Shown one piece after another: positions 35,891 through 50,285 of a stretch of DNA of 64,000 nucleotides. The notes beneath the pieces are model-generated. The model made no database searches. It was given only the letters and a program-made list of their open reading frames with translations, and was not told the DNA's origin. Source of the stretch: Chiloscyllium plagiosum (Eukaryota); contig NC_057755.1 of NCBI RefSeq assembly GCF_004010195.1, forward strand, positions 6,307,474 to 6,371,473. Reading direction: 5' to 3'. Position 1 is the stretch's first letter, and each line of letters opens with the position of its first letter. The translations under genes and the position numbers were made by a program.

Positions 35891-38427
35891 AGAAAAATCG
35901 TAGCAACGTCTGTGGGATGAAATCAAACCTAGAATTTCAGTCGAGTAGCACTTCCTCAGAACTGTCACCTTCTATGTTTTATGTCCTATGACTGAGTTAG
36001 TGAGGTGAAAGGGTCGGAGAATGAATAAATGCCAGTGCGTAAGGGAGAGTATGAGTGAGTTAACCCCAGCAGTGAGTGAGCACATGTTATGAGTTAATAA
36101 ATGAGTGAGCTAGTGTGAGTGAGTGAATGTGTCAGCGAGTGAGTGAGTGAAAGGATGGGTGAGAGGGTGAATGAGTGGGGCGTGGTTGAGTGAGTGCAAA
36201 TGAGCATGTGAGTGAGTGTTTGAGTGAGTGAATAATTTGCCAGTGAGTGTCAATGAGTGACTGCTAGTGAATAAGTCAACATGTCAGGGAGTGCTTGAGT
36301 AAATGAGTATAAGCCAGTGAGTGTATGACTGTCGAGGTGCAAGGATTGATTGCAGTGACTGGCTGGATAGATATTTGAATGCATACATAAATCCAGGGTA
36401 AGCTGCAGCACATTGTCTGCGGAAGCCTGGTGGTAGGTTTCGAAGCATGTATGGTGGATCTATTTTAGCTCGGGTCAAGGAGCCCAGGTAAGGTAATGCG
36501 GTCACATCTGGGGAATTGCACTGCTGGATGAGGTTTGGTTGGAAGTGAGGATGATGTGGTGAATTCTTCTGCTAATCACTAAGTAGCAGCATAGACTCGG
36601 CTTTGGAATAATTTGAGGCTACCTCTTAACCATCACATAGTGAGCTTAAATCCCCCGACATTGAATTCAGTTTTTAGTTTAAAGGACAGGATGAGGGCAT
36701 TGGAAAGAAAAAAACAGAAAGCATGGGGAACCCCAGCATTTGTAGAGATGGACAAGCACAGAGTAACGGTTTCGAGTCCTGTGACACTTTGAAACAGTGC
36801 ATTTGTGCAGACGAGGATTTCCAATGTTTCTGAGTGCACCATGTTGTCTCTATAGACAGTGCTCTGTCACTGTTGCGATAATTTAATATCAGTACCAGAG
36901 TATTAGAGAAATTCATACAGCGACAACGTTCCAAAAGAGAATGTCATAAATATTACAACGAATGATGTTCATAAGACTGTGGGGAAAGGGAAGAGTAATA
37001 GTCGGCTCATTCTGTTAACCATTCCATTATGCACAATCGGATCCTTACTTGTTGTGTCTTATTATGCTCTTATTATCATTGAAGGTTGTTTGCAGGTAGA
37101 TTGGAACCCAACAGCGAGATAAAGAAGAAGAGTGACTGCACTGCAAGCTTTAATTTGGCTTTCTCTCCACAGACGTTTGCCAGATATGCTGAGTTTATCC
37201 AGCAAACTCTGCTTTTCGTTTTAGATTTCCAGCGTCTACAATTCTTTTTTTTTTAATTTATTGCACAAATAAGGGAAATACACTTCTATTGGCACCCACC
37301 AATCGATAATCACAGAAGCCTGGTTCAGGCAACTCTGTGGATTTTTGTTTTTTGCGCTGTATTTATTAAGAAAGGAAAATTACATAATCCAAACTTGTTT
37401 TCACATAGTTCTGAAAACGAGCAGACTGTCTAATTTGTAATTGGATGTTAAAAGAGACAAAATAAGAACAAGGAAATCTCTTATTGGTTAGAATAATTAT
37501 GCTGAATTAAAAGAGCTTTGACAGGAGTAATCTTCTTCAAAAATGTTAATGCCCAAAGTTCTTGCTTGGTTTGGCTGCAGGCGAGAGTATTGTGTGCCGA
37601 TTTGCAAGCCACATCATAGGAGAGATGAGACATAACTGGACGGGATGCAGAGAGGATTTAACAGGATATGTCCTTGGGCTCGAGAATTTCATACATGCAC
37701 GAACATCAGCATGACAATATTACTCCTATACCCCTCACCCCCGAACCCAGATGCTTTCTCAATCAGCCCCCTATCCTTAAACCATTGACATCTAGTCTTG
37801 GACTCTTCAATCCAGGATAAATGACCTTAGCTAAATGACCTCATTCTTGCCGTCACCATCCGAGGACAAAGGCTCTCACTGTTTACTCCATACAATCCTC
37901 TGATTATCTTATGTGTGCTCAATTAAGCCCCCTCTCAAACGTTTTTACCTCTAACGAAAACAATCTCAAGTCACTCAGCCTTTCCTCATAAGACAATCCC
38001 TCAGTACCAGGCAACACCCTCGTAAATGTCCTCTGAACCTTTCACAAAGCTTTCACTTCCTTGATGATCAGAACGTGATGATCAGAACTGTACGCAATAA
38101 ACCAAATGTGGCCACACCAGAATTTTATACAGTTGCAGCATCAACTCGTGGCGCGAAACACAGTCCTTCTACCAATAAAGGCTCACACACCGTATGCCTT
38201 CTAAACAAACTTATCAACCTGAGTGGCAACTTTCAGTGATCTATACACATGAACACCGAGATCTCTCTACTCATCCACTCTACCAAGTCTCTTAATATTT
38301 GCTCTGTGTTCTTTATTCTGTTGATCCTTCCAAAGTGAATCATCACACACTCTTCCACATTAATCTCCTTTGCTACCTCTCAGTCCAGCTCTGCAGCTTA
38401 TCTATGTCCCCCTGCAACCTGCAACAT

Positions 38428-40874
38428 AGAACATTACAGCGCAGTACAGGCCCTTCGGCACTCGATGTTGAGCCGGCCAGTCATAACAATCATAAGTCCA
38501 TCTAACCTACACTATTCCATGTACGTCCATATGTCTATCCAATGACGACTTAAATGCACTTAAAGTTGGCGAATCTACTACCGTTGCAGGCAAATCATTC
38601 CATACCCTTACTACTCTGTGAGTAAAGAAACTACCTCTGACGTCTGTCTTATATCTATCAACCCTCAATTTAAAGCTATGCCCCCTCGTGCTCGTCGTCA
38701 CCATACTTGGTAAAAGGCTCTCCCTGTCCACCCTATCCAACCTTCTGAATATCTTATATGTCTCTATTAAGTTACCTCTCAACCTTCTTCTCTTCCTCAA
38801 GTCCCTCAGACGTTCCTCGCAAGACCTCCCCTCCATACCAGGCAACATCTGAGTAAATCTCCTCTGCAACCTTTCAAAAGCTTCCACATCTTTCTTACAA
38901 TATGGTGACCAGAACTGTACACAATACTGCAAGTGCGGCCACACCAGAGCTTTGTACAGCTGTAGCATAACCTCATGGTTCCGGAACTCGATCCCTCTAT
39001 TAATAAAAGTTAAAACACTGTGTGCCTTCTTAACAACCCTGTCAACCTGGGTGGCAACTTTCAAGGATCTGTGTACCTGGACACCGAGATCTCGCTGCTC
39101 ATCTACACTACCAATAATCTTACCATTAGCACAGCCCTTTGCATTCCGGTTACTCTGATAAAGTAAATCATCTCACACTAGACCACATCAAACTCCATTT
39201 GCCACCTCTTAGCCCAGCTCTTCAGCTTACCTATGTCTCTCTGTAACCTACAACATCCTTCGACACTATCCACAACTCTACCGACCTTAGTGTTGTCCGC
39301 AAATTTACTAACCCACCCTTCTACGCCCTCATCCAGTTCGTTTATAAAAATGACGAACAACAATGGACCCAACACCGACCCATGCGGTACAGCACTAGTA
39401 ACTCGACTCCAGGATGAACATTTCCCATCAACCACCACCCTTTGTCATCTTTCAGCAAGCCAATTACTGATCCAAACTGCTATATCAACCACAATCCCAT
39501 TCCTCCGCATTTTGTAAAATCGCCTACTGTCGAACCTTGTCGAACGCCTTGCTAAAATCCATATACACCACATCAACCGGTTAACTCGCACCTGTCTGTT
39601 TGGTCACCTTCTCAAAGAAATCAATAAGGTCTGTGAGGCACGACCTACCCTTCACAAAACCGTGCTGACTATCCCTAATCAAATTATTCTTTTCTAGATG
39701 ATTATAAATCCTATCTCTTATAACCTTTTCCAACACTTTACCAACAACTGAAGTAAGGCTCACTGGTCTACAATTACTAGGGTTGTCTCTACTCCCCTTC
39801 TTGAACAGGGAAACCACATTTGCTATCCTCCAGTCTTCTGACACTATTCCTGTAGACAATGACGATTTAAAGATCAAAGTCGGCAATCTCCTCCCTGGCT
39901 TCCCAGAAGATCCTAGGATAAATCCCATCTGGCCCAAGGGACTTAGCTATTTTCACAGTCTGCCAGATGACTAATACATCTTCCTTGTGAACCTCAATCC
40001 CACCTAGTCTAGTAGCCTGTATCTCTGTATTCTCCTCGACAACATTGCCATTTGCTAGAGTGAATACTGTCGAAAAATATTCATAGTGCTTCCCCTATGT
40101 CCTCTGACTCCACACACAACTTCCCTTACTATCCTTGATTGGACCTAATCTTACTCTCGTCATTCTTTTATTCCTTAAATACCTACAGAAAGCCTTTGAG
40201 TTTACCCTGATCCTATCCACCAACAACTTCTCATGTCTCCTCCTGGCTCTTCTGAGCTCTCCCTTTCGGTCTTTCCTGGCTACCTTGTAATCTTCAAGCG
40301 CCCTAACTGAGCCTTCACATCTCTTCCTAACAGAAGTCTTCTTCTTCCTCTTGACCAGAGATTCCACTTCCTTCATAAACCACGGTCCCACGCTCTACAG
40401 CTTCCTCCCTGCCTGACAGGTACATACTTATCTAGGACACTCAGGAGCTTTTCCTTGAATAAGCTCCACATTTCTTATGTGTCCATCCCCTGCAGTTTCC
40501 TTCCCAATCCTATGCTTCATAAATCTTTCCTAATCGCATCGTAATTGCCTTTCCCCCAGCTGTAACTCTTGCCCAGTGGTATACACCTATCCGTTTCTAT
40601 CAATAAAGTAAGCATAACAGAATTGTGATCGCTATCACTAAAGTACTCACCTACTTCCAAGTCTAACGCCTGGCCAGGTTCATTACCAGTACCAAATCTA
40701 ATGTGGCTTCACCCCTTGTTTGCCTGTCCACATACTATGTCAGGAAGCCCTCCTGCACACACTGGACAAAAACTGACCCATGTATAGTACTTGTACTATA
40801 GTGTTCCCAGTCAATATTTGGAAAGTTGAAGACCCCATGACAACTACCCTGCCTCTCTCACTCCTATCGTGAAT
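38428..40874 (-). mobile_element. Younger 5'-truncated CR1 nested in the older CR1
   Basis: Has its own agaacat tail at 38428. Long open RT fragments (SKFADNTK, HGFVKGRSCLT). Confidence 0.9.
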
Positions 40875-43377
40875 CATCTTTCAGCGGTATCCACAACTCC
40901 ACCGACCTTTGTGTCATCCGAAAAGTTACTAACCCATTCTTCTATGCCCTCATCCATGTAATTTATAAAAATGACAGGCGGCAATGGCCTTGAAACAGAT
41001 CCTTGCGGTACACCAGGAGTAACTGAACTCCGGGATGAACGTTTCCCATCAACCACCACCCTCTGTCTTCTTTCAGCAGCCAATTCCAAGCCACAAAATC
41101 ACTCTCAAACCCATGCCTCTGCATCAGTGAGATAGCCGACAGTGGGGAACCTTATCAAACGTCTTACTGATATCCATATACACATTAACCGTTTTAGTGG
41201 CATCCACCTGATTGTTCACAATCTCAAAGAACTCAATAAAATTTGTGAGGCACGACTTACCCTTCACAAAATCGTGTTGACTGTCCCTAATCAACTTATT
41301 TCTTTCTGGATGGTTATAAATCATATCTTTTACATTCCTTTACAACACTTTACCCATAACCAACCTAAGGCTCACTGAACTATAATTACCAGGGTTGTCT
41401 CTACTCCCCTTCTTGAGCAAGAGGGCAACATTTGCTCTCCTCGACTCTTTTACTGCTATTCCTGGAGATAATGACATAAACTTCCCTGGCTTCTGTGGCT
41501 TCCTAGAGAATCCTCGGATGAGTCTCATCGGCCCAGGGAACCTATCTATTTTCAGACTTTCCATAATTGCTAACAACTCCTCCAAGTGAGGCACAATCTC
41601 GTCGAGTACAGTAATTGTATCTCAGTATTTTCCTCGACAGATTGTCTTTTTCCAGTGTGAATACTGACAAAAATTCATTTAGCGCTTCTCCTCTCTCCTC
41701 AGACTCCACGCACAACATCCCATTACTATCCTTGCTTGGCCCTAATCTTACTCTTGGCATTCTTTTATTCCTGATATTCCGAGAGAAATCTTTAAGGTTT
41801 TCCCTGACCCTGTCTGCCAATGACTTCTCATGTCCCCTCTTGGCTCTTCTTGGCTCTCTGTTTAGGTGTTTCCTGGCAATCTTCCAACTCTCAAACACTT
41901 AACTGAGCCTTCACGTCTCATCCTAACATGAGCATTCTTCTTTCTCTTGATAAGAGACTTAACTTATTTAATAAACTACTCGCTTGACCACTTCCTCCCT
42001 GCCTGACAGCAACATACCTATCAAGGAAATACTGCACCTAGTCCTTAAATAAACTCCACAGATCAATTGGGTCCATTCCCTGCACTTTCGTTCCTCATCC
42101 AAGGCATCCTAAATCTTGTCTACTCGCATCACAATTGCCTTTCCCCAGCTATAACTCTTCCACGGCGGTATATGCCTATCCCTTTCCATCGCAAAAGTAA
42201 ACATATCTGAATTGTAGTCATTATCACCAAAGTGTTTACTTACATTCAAATCCAACAACTGGCCAGTTTCATTACCGAATACCAAATCCGATGTAGCCTG
42301 GCCCCTTCTTGGGCTGTCTACATAATATATCAGGAATATGTCTTGCACACCTTAGACAAAAACTAACTCATCTAAATTATTCGAACTATCGTATTTCCAC
42401 GCAAGATTTGGAAAGTAAAGACCCCATAACAACTACCCTGTTACTCTCGCTCATATGCAGAACAATCTTTGATATCGTTTCCTCTACATTTCTGGTACTA
42501 TTTGGAAGACTACAGAAAATTCCAAACAGGGTGGCCTCTCCTTTCCCGTTTGTAACCTCAGCCCATACTACCTGAGTAGACGAGTCCTCAAACATCCTTT
42601 CTGCCATTGTCAAACAGTCCTTGACTATAAATGCCACACCTTTGCTCTGTTCTTATTGAAGCATCTAAATCCCAGAACCTGCAACAACCATTCCCTTCCC
42701 TGCTCTATCCAAGTCTCTGAAATAGCCACAACATTGAAGGCCCAGGTACCAACCCATGCTGCATGTTCATCTACAGTTATTCCGGATGCTCCTGGTTTTG
42801 GAGTAGACACACTTCAAAACAGCTTCCTGTTTGCCACTGAACTTTTGCGACCATGAAACCTTATTTCTGACCTCACTACTCGCACCCTGTTGAACAATGA
42901 AACTGCCAGTTAGGCCCCAATCCGCCTGCTGAATGAATTTAATACCTCCCGAAGAGCATTCGGCAATTTTGCCCACAGATTATTGGTGCCCCTCTGTTTC
43001 AGGTGTAGACCATCCTGTTTGTAGAGGTCGCACCTACCCCAGAATGACACCAAGTTATCCAGGTATCAGAAACCCTCCCAATTGCACCATTCGTGTGGCG
43101 ACGTGTTCAACTCTTCTCTCTTCTTATGCTTTGCCTCGCTAGCACGTGGCACGGCCATCAAACCAGAGACAACAACTCGGCTTGTCTCAGCACTGAGCTT
43201 CCATCATACGTTCCCGAATTTCAGCTTTACATCACCAATTCGTTTCCTAACTATGTCGTTAGTGCCTACGTGGAGCATGTCTTGGATCTGCTCCCCCTCC
43301 CCCTAAAGGATCCTTAAACCATGATACAAGGCATCACGAACCCTGGCACGTGGGAGGCAACGCACCAACCATGAGTA

Positions 43378-46300
43378 CTTCACATTTTTGGATCATTGGA
43401 AGCTCTTTTCGGTTCGAAGTGACCTGTACAAGAAGGACGTGTTGCATGAGAATTGGTAGGGGGCTGGATCATTGGAAGCAGTTTTAGGTTCGAATTGACC
43501 TGCACAAGAAGGACGGATTGCACCGAAATTGATAGGGGACTAATATACCTGCAGGGAGATTTACTACAGCTGCTTGGGAGGATTTAAACTACTACAGTGG
43601 GGGGTGGGAATCAGGGAGATAGTGAGGAAAGAGATCAATCTGAAATTGTTACAGTCGAGAAAAGAAGCGAGTCAAACATTCAGGGCAGGCAGGGAGAAAG
43701 CAGAGAATAAAGTAGGACTGATCAATTAAACTGCATTTATTACAATGCAAGAGGCCTAACAGAGAAGACAGATGAACTTATGGTATGGTTAGAAACCCGG
43801 GACTAGCAATTACAGATACATGGTTCAGGGAAGGACAAAACTGGCCGCTTAATATTCCAGGATACAAATGCTACAGGATAGGCAGAAAGGGAGGCAAGCG
43901 AGGAGGGGAGTGGCGCCTTTGATAAGGGAAAGCATTATAGCTGTGCTGGGGTTAGATATTCCCCGAATACATCCAGGAAATTTATTTGAGTGGAAATGAT
44001 AAATAAGAAAAGGGTGATCAGCTGGAATTGTATTGTAGACTCCTTAAGAGTCAGAGGGAAATTGAGAAACAAATTTGTAAGGAGAGCTCAGTTATCTGTA
44101 GAATAATGAGGTGGTTATGGTCAGGGATTTTAACTTTCCAAACATCGAATGGGACTACCATAGTGTTAAGGATTAGATGGAGAGGAAGTTGTGAAGTGTG
44201 CAGTAGTAACTTTTCTGATTCGGTTTGACCTACTCTTGGGAAATAAGGCAGGGCTGGTGACTGAGGTGTTAGTCGGGGAGCACTTTGGGGCCAGCAACCA
44301 TAATTCTATTAGATTTAAAATAGCGATGGAACAAGATAGACAAAATCTAAAAGTTGAAGTTCAAAGTTCGAGAAAGGTCCATTTTGACAAGAACTTTCAA
44401 AAGCTATTTGAGGCAGATATTCACTGGTGAAGGGACGGCTGGAAATGGGAAACCTTCAGAAATTAGATAACGAGAGTCCAGGTACAACATATTCCTGTCA
44501 GAGTGAAAGGAAAGGCTGCGAGGTATGGGGAATGCTGAATGACAAAAGAAATTGAGGGTTACGGAAAAGAAGGAAGCATATCGCAGGCATAGACAGGATA
44601 GATCGAATGAATCCTTCGACGAGAATACAGGCAGTGGGAGAATACATGAAAGAGAAATCGGGGGGCAAAAAAGGGACATGAGATAGCTTTGGCAAATCGT
44701 GATAGGGAGAATCCAAAGGTTTTTTACAACTACATTAAGAACAAAAGGGTAACAAGGGCCCCACAAAGATCAGCAAGGCAACGGCATTTGTGTGTAGTCG
44801 CAGGAGCTGGGGGAGATACTAAGCGAGTATTTCGCATCAGTATTTAATGTCGAAAAGGACATGGAAGATATAGAATGCAAGGAAGCACATGGTGACAGCT
44901 TGAAAAAAAATCCATATTTCAGAGGGAGAAGTGATGTATGTCTTGAAACGCATAAAAGCGAATAAATCCCCAGGGACGGATCAGATATAACTTAGATATC
45001 TGTGGGAAGCTAGTGAAGTGATTGTTGGCTCTCTTTCTGAGATAATATATCATCGATAGTCATAGATGACGTGCTGGAAAACTGGAGGTTGAGTAACGTG
45101 GTGCCACTGTTTACGAAAGGTGATAAGGACAAGCCGGGGACTAAAGACCAGTGAGCCTGACGTCGAAGGTGGGCAAGTTGTTGGAGGAAATCATGATGGA
45201 CAGGATATACATATATTTGGAAAGCAAAGACTGATTAGTAATTGTAAACATGGCCTTCTGCGTGGGAAATCATGGCTCACAAAATTGATATACTTTTGTG
45301 TCGAAGTAACAAAGAAGATTGATGAAGGTAGATCGGTAGACGTGATCTTTATGGACTTCACTAAGGCGTTCGACGAGGTTCCCAGTGGGACACTGGTTAG
45401 CAAGGTTAAATCTCATGGAATGCAGGGAGAATGAGCCATTTGGACACAGAACTGGCTCAAAGGTAGAGGACAGAGGATGGTAGTGGAGAGTTGTTTTTCA
45501 GACTAGACGCCTGTGACCAGTGGGGTGCCACAAGTATCGGTACTGGATACACTACTTTTCATCACTTACATGAATGAACTGGATGTGAGCATAAGAGCTG
45601 TAGTTAGTCAGTTTGCAGATGACATCAAAATTGAAGGTGTAGTGTTCAGCGAAAAATGTTACCTCGGATTACAACGGAATCTTGGTCAGATGAGCCAATG
45701 GACTGAGAAATGGTAGATGTAGATTAATTTAGATAAATGAGACGTGTTGCATTTTGGGAAAGCAAAACTTAGGAAGACTTATACGCTTCATGGTAATGTT
45801 CTAGGGAGGGTTGCTGAACAAAGAGACCTTGGAGTGCAGTATCATAGCTCCTTGAAAGTGGAATCGGATGTAGATAGGTTAGTGAAGAAGGCATTTGTTG
45901 TGCTTTCCTTTATTGGTCAGAGTATTGAGAACAAGAGTTGTGAGGTCATGTTGCGTCTGTACAGGACATTAGATATGCCGCAGTTGGAATATTGTGTAAA
46001 ATTCTGGTAGTCTTCCTATCAGAAAGATGTTGCAAAATTTGAAAGGTTTCAGAAAAGTTTTACAAGAACGTTGCCAGGGTTGGAGGATTTGATCTTTAGG
46101 AGAGGTTGAATAGGCTGGTGCAGTTTTCCCTGGAGCGTCGGAGGCAGAGGGGTGACAACAAAGAGGTTTAGAAAATCATGAGGGGCATGGATGGGATAAA
46201 TACACAAAGTATTTTAGTTGAATGCGGGAGTTCAAAACTAGAGGGCATATGTTTAGGGCGAGAGGAAAAAGATAGAAAAGAGAACTAAGGGGCAACTTTT

Positions 46301-46530
46301 TTACACAGAGCATCTTACATGCATGGAATGCGCTGCCAGAGGAAGTGGTGAAGGCTAGTACAATTGCAACATTTAAAATGCATCTCCACTGGGTATATGA
46401 AGAGGAAGGGATCGGAGGGATATGGGCCGGGAGCTGGCAGGTGGGACGAGATTGGATTGAGATATCTGGTCGGCATGGACAAGACTGAAGGGTCTGTTTC
46501 TGTGCTGTACATCGCTAAGACTCTATGTAT
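43378..46530 (+). mobile_element. CR1 (end of ORF1 plus degenerate full ORF2) nested in opposite orientation
   Basis: CIYYNARGL start near 43730, DFTKAFDEVP, GVPQVSVL, FADDIK, and a gactctatg tail near 46520. Confidence 0.9.
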
Positions 46531-46899
46531 CTGTGAATGTCTCGTTCCCACAGAACCTCCGATCTGTCCCCGTAAGTATGGAGTCCCCAATGACTAATGT
46601 TCTGCTCTTCTCCTCCTTCCCTTCTAAGCAACTGGGACAGACTCTGTGCCAGAAACTTGTACCTCGTGGCTTACCTCGGTACCCAACCCCCGCCCCATTC
46701 CCGCAATAGTGGACAAAATGATATATTGTTATTGAAGGAATAGTCCACAGGGGATCCCTTTCCGGCCCCTGACTGTAACCCATCTGCCTTTTTCTGGTGC
46801 TTGAGGTGTGACTAGCTCCTTGTAACTTCTCTCATAACCCCTTGTGCTTCCCGAATAACCCGAATATCATCTTTTTCAGCAGCACTCTCCACGGTCCTA

Positions 46900-47500
46900 A
46901 CATTGACCATAGGTCGTTCCCTGGAATGCCTTATCAAAATGCAACACCTCACATTCATCCAAATTAACCGCCACGAGATATTCCTCATCCCACTGGCGGA
47001 ACTGGTCAAGGTCACATTGTGCTGTGAAATAAACATCTTCGCTTATCACTACACTATCAAATTCGCCGTTAACTGGAAACGCACAAACCATACTTCTGAT
47101 GTCCATATCCAAACCATTTATACAAATAGAGTAGTGGAGATTGTGAGAGAACTGGTTGAAATGTATAAAATTTGTCAGGACATTAACGGGATAGATAGAT
47201 TTAAGAAAAGACCTTCCCCCTTGATGGATGGATCAATATTCGGTGGCATGGATTTCAGGAAAGGAGCAGACGTTTTCAGGGAATGTAAAGGAAAGGTTTT
47301 TCACCCAGAGAATGAACGGAATCAGGAACTCACTGCTTGTCAGGGTGGTAGAGGCAGAAACCCTCATTCTATTGCTGAGGTGTTTAGATGCGCACTTGCA
47401 TTGCCAAGGCTATGGGGAAATAGGTTTGAATAGTTAGCTGTTTGGTTTTCACTACCACAGACATGGTGAATCGAAGTACCTTTATCTGTGCTATCGATGA
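46900..47500. mobile_element. Two small CR1 fragments (minus about 46900-47125, plus about 47130-47500)
   Basis: ECEVLHF fragment and FFTQRMNGIRNSL fragment. Confidence 0.65.
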
Positions 47501-47844
47501 GTTAAGAATGAATGTATCTGGGTGTCCAGTTTCATCGTTCACACTAATCTAGCACAGAAGTTTTTGACTGCCACACTAGCCTGAAGTTAAATGTAGTAAG
47601 CGATTTGGATAACCTCCAGCTGAAGTTATATGTCAGACTGAGTGGACGCTATCTGTTTCTACCTTAACAGGCTGCCTTAGAATAGCTTCCTTTGGATAAT
47701 CTATTCACCCCAGGGACTGGCTCTGAGCTGGCTAGTCAGAGTCCATAGAAGAAGAAAACAGAAATGCATTCGTTAATTCTTAAGTGCAAACCATCCAATG
47801 CGGTCAGTTTGCTCATTGGCCTAAAAGATTGGCTTGCAATGTCA

Positions 47845-48165
47845 TGAATTGTAGAATCTTGAAAGTGCAGAAAGAGGCCTTTTTGCCTATTAAGTCTTAA
47901 CCAATCCTCAGATGGGCACCCCATCCAAACCAAACAATGCAATCCACCTAACCTGCCACAATGCTGGACACTACAGGGGAATTTATCATCCACCAAACTT
48001 ACACATATATAGACTGCAGGAGGAAACAAGAGCACTCAGCAGAAGCGCTTGACGTCAGTGAGAGAAGGTGCAAAACCCACGCAATCCTTCATCCGCAGCT
48101 GGGGTTCAACCCGCAACCTTGGACCTGAAAGGCAGCATTGGAAAACACTTAACCATCGTACCTGA
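47845..48165 (-). mobile_element. HE1/V-SINE-like SINE, old
   Basis: atccacctaacctgc and ggtgcaaaacccac motifs with a degenerate head. Confidence 0.55.
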
Positions 48166-48438
48166 CGCGAGCAGCAAGCGTTCAACTCCTGTTCTAGCTG
48201 AAATTACCACGAAGGACTCTCTTTCCTAAACTCACAATTTGCCTGAGGCATGGTAAACTCGGGTATTTTAACAGCAGTCACGTCTGTTTAATTAATGAGC
48301 AGTCGGTAATGGTGACTTTACCTTTAGCGTTCAATTCCAGAATCCTTCAACAACTGGAGAATGCTTGTCCATTTACAAGACTAGTAACATTAACCAAAAA
48401 TATTTCTTTTGACCTTACTGCAGACAGAAAATACTTAC

Positions 48439-48484
48439 TCTCCAAATACAGAGAGAGAAGAAGGATTTTCCCCAAAAGCTGCAT
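48439..48484 (-). CDS. Signal-peptide exon of ART paralogue B (MQLLGKILLLSLYLE, plus 1 nt; in-frame upstream ATGs at 48490 and 48493)
   Basis: 46 nt from ATG to a GTAAGT donor (48438-48433), the same length and phase as the exon of A, and the same MQLL start. It splices in frame to 30508 across an intron of about 17.9 kb. Confidence 0.8.
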
Positions 48485-48779
48485 TCTCATCATCTTTGGT
48501 CTGTCTCTTGGAGAAATTATTTCCCAGACGTCTTGTTTCTCCTATATTGCCCACTCCTCCATGTTTCACCACAGAAATGAACTGTCATCACAGCAAATGA
48601 TTTTCGCCAATCTTGAAATGATATGAAAAGGAAATGTCAAACACCCAGCGTGTGAAATAGCACAATGGAACACGATCACAAACTAACACGGAAAGGTGGT
48701 GCTATAATTCCTGTGAAAATTATGTGAAAATGCCACGCAACTAGCTGCAATCTCCCTATTTTTTGCCCATTTTTCTGCG

Positions 48780-50285
48780 TGATGGCGGGAGAAATAACAA
48801 GTACATTGGTGGCAATTTTTCAAAACTTGTTGGACGCTGGCGCAGTCAGAGCAGATTGGAAAACAACAAATGTGACACCACTGTTTAAAAGTGAAATCAA
48901 CACAAGTTGGGGAGTTATAGACCAATTATCTTAACTTCTGTCGTGGGGAAGATGCTAAAGTCTATTATCAAGGAAGAAGTAGTAAGGCATCTCCTTAGAA
49001 ATTGTCCCCTTGAGCAGACACAGCATGTGTTCATGAAAGGCAGGTCATGTTTTACTTTTTTTGGAATTCTATGCAGATATTACGAGCAAGGTAGACACGG
49101 AGGCCCCAGTGGATGTGGTGTATCAATATTTCCAAAAGACTTTCGACAAGATCCCACAAAAGAGGCTGCTGCATTAGATAAGAATGGAAGGTGTTACTAT
49201 TAAAGTATTAGCATGGATAGAGAATTAGTTGACTAGAAAGATGCAAAGCTTGGGGATAAATTAATGGTATTCTGGCTGGCAATCAGTGACTAACGGTGTG
49301 ACTCAGCGATCAGTGTTGGGACTGCAATTTTTCGTAATTTATATAGCTGATTTGGAGTTGGGGACCATGTGTAGTGTGACACAGTTTACAGAAGACACTA
49401 AAATGAGTGGCAGAGGAAAGTGTGCAGAGGACTGTGAAAATGAGGGCAAAGGTCTGGCAGAGAAATACAATGTTAACAAATATCAAGTCATCCATTTTGG
49501 TAGGAGCAACAGTAACTATGATTATAACTATAATGGTAAAAAGATGCAGCATGCTGCTTTGCAGAGGGACCTGGGTGTCCTTGTGCATGAATCGCAGAAG
49601 GTTAGCCTGCAGGTACAACAAGTAATTAGGAAGATAAATGGAAGAATGTCCTTCACTGCTAAAGAGATTTAGTTTAAATGCAGGGAGGTTACGTTGCAGC
49701 TGAACTGGGTGATGGCGAGGCCACACCTGGAGTACTGTGTGCAGTTTGATCTTCTTACTTGAGAAACAATATACTGGCACTGGAACGGGTGCAGAGGAGG
49801 TTCACTTTGTTGATTCCAGAGTGGACGAGTTGGTTTATGAGGAGAGACAGAGCAGACTGCAATTATATTCATTGGAAGTCAGAATAATGTCGAGGGATCG
49901 TTTGAAACACATACAATTATGAAACACAATACAATTATAATTAAACTAGAAGTACAGAGGATGCTTCTACTGGCAGGTGAAACTAGGAAGAGAGGGCAAG
50001 GCCTTGAGATAAGCGTGAGCAGATTTTGGACTGAATGGAGGAGGAACTTCTTAACCCAGAGGATTGCAAACCTATGGCATTCCTTACTCGGTGAAGTAGT
50101 TGATACTACTTCAGTAAACGTTTTAAAAGCTAAGATAGCTTTTTTTGAACAGTAAGGGAATTAAGGTGGACGGTGAGAACAGGAATAAGTGGATCTGAGT
50201 ACACGAACAGATTATCCATGATCTAATTGAACAGTGGAGGATGTTTGAAAGGCCAGACGGCCTACTCCTGCTCCTGGTTTTTAAA
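48780..50285 (+). mobile_element. Old CR1 RT and 3' relic, starting about 300 bp upstream of the ART-B leader exon
   Basis: YRPIILTSVVGK, QHVFMKGRSC, GVTQRSVLG and FTEDTK fragments. Confidence 0.88.

Larger units (their letters stand above)
37740..46900 (-). mobile_element. Older near-full-length CR1 split into three pieces (37740-38427, 40875-43375, 46530-46900) by two nested CR1 insertions
   Basis: RT (GVPQGSV, FSDDTK), endonuclease (VAISETW) and ORF1 (IGDSILTGTDRRFCG) are collinear across both insertion points. Confidence 0.82.
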
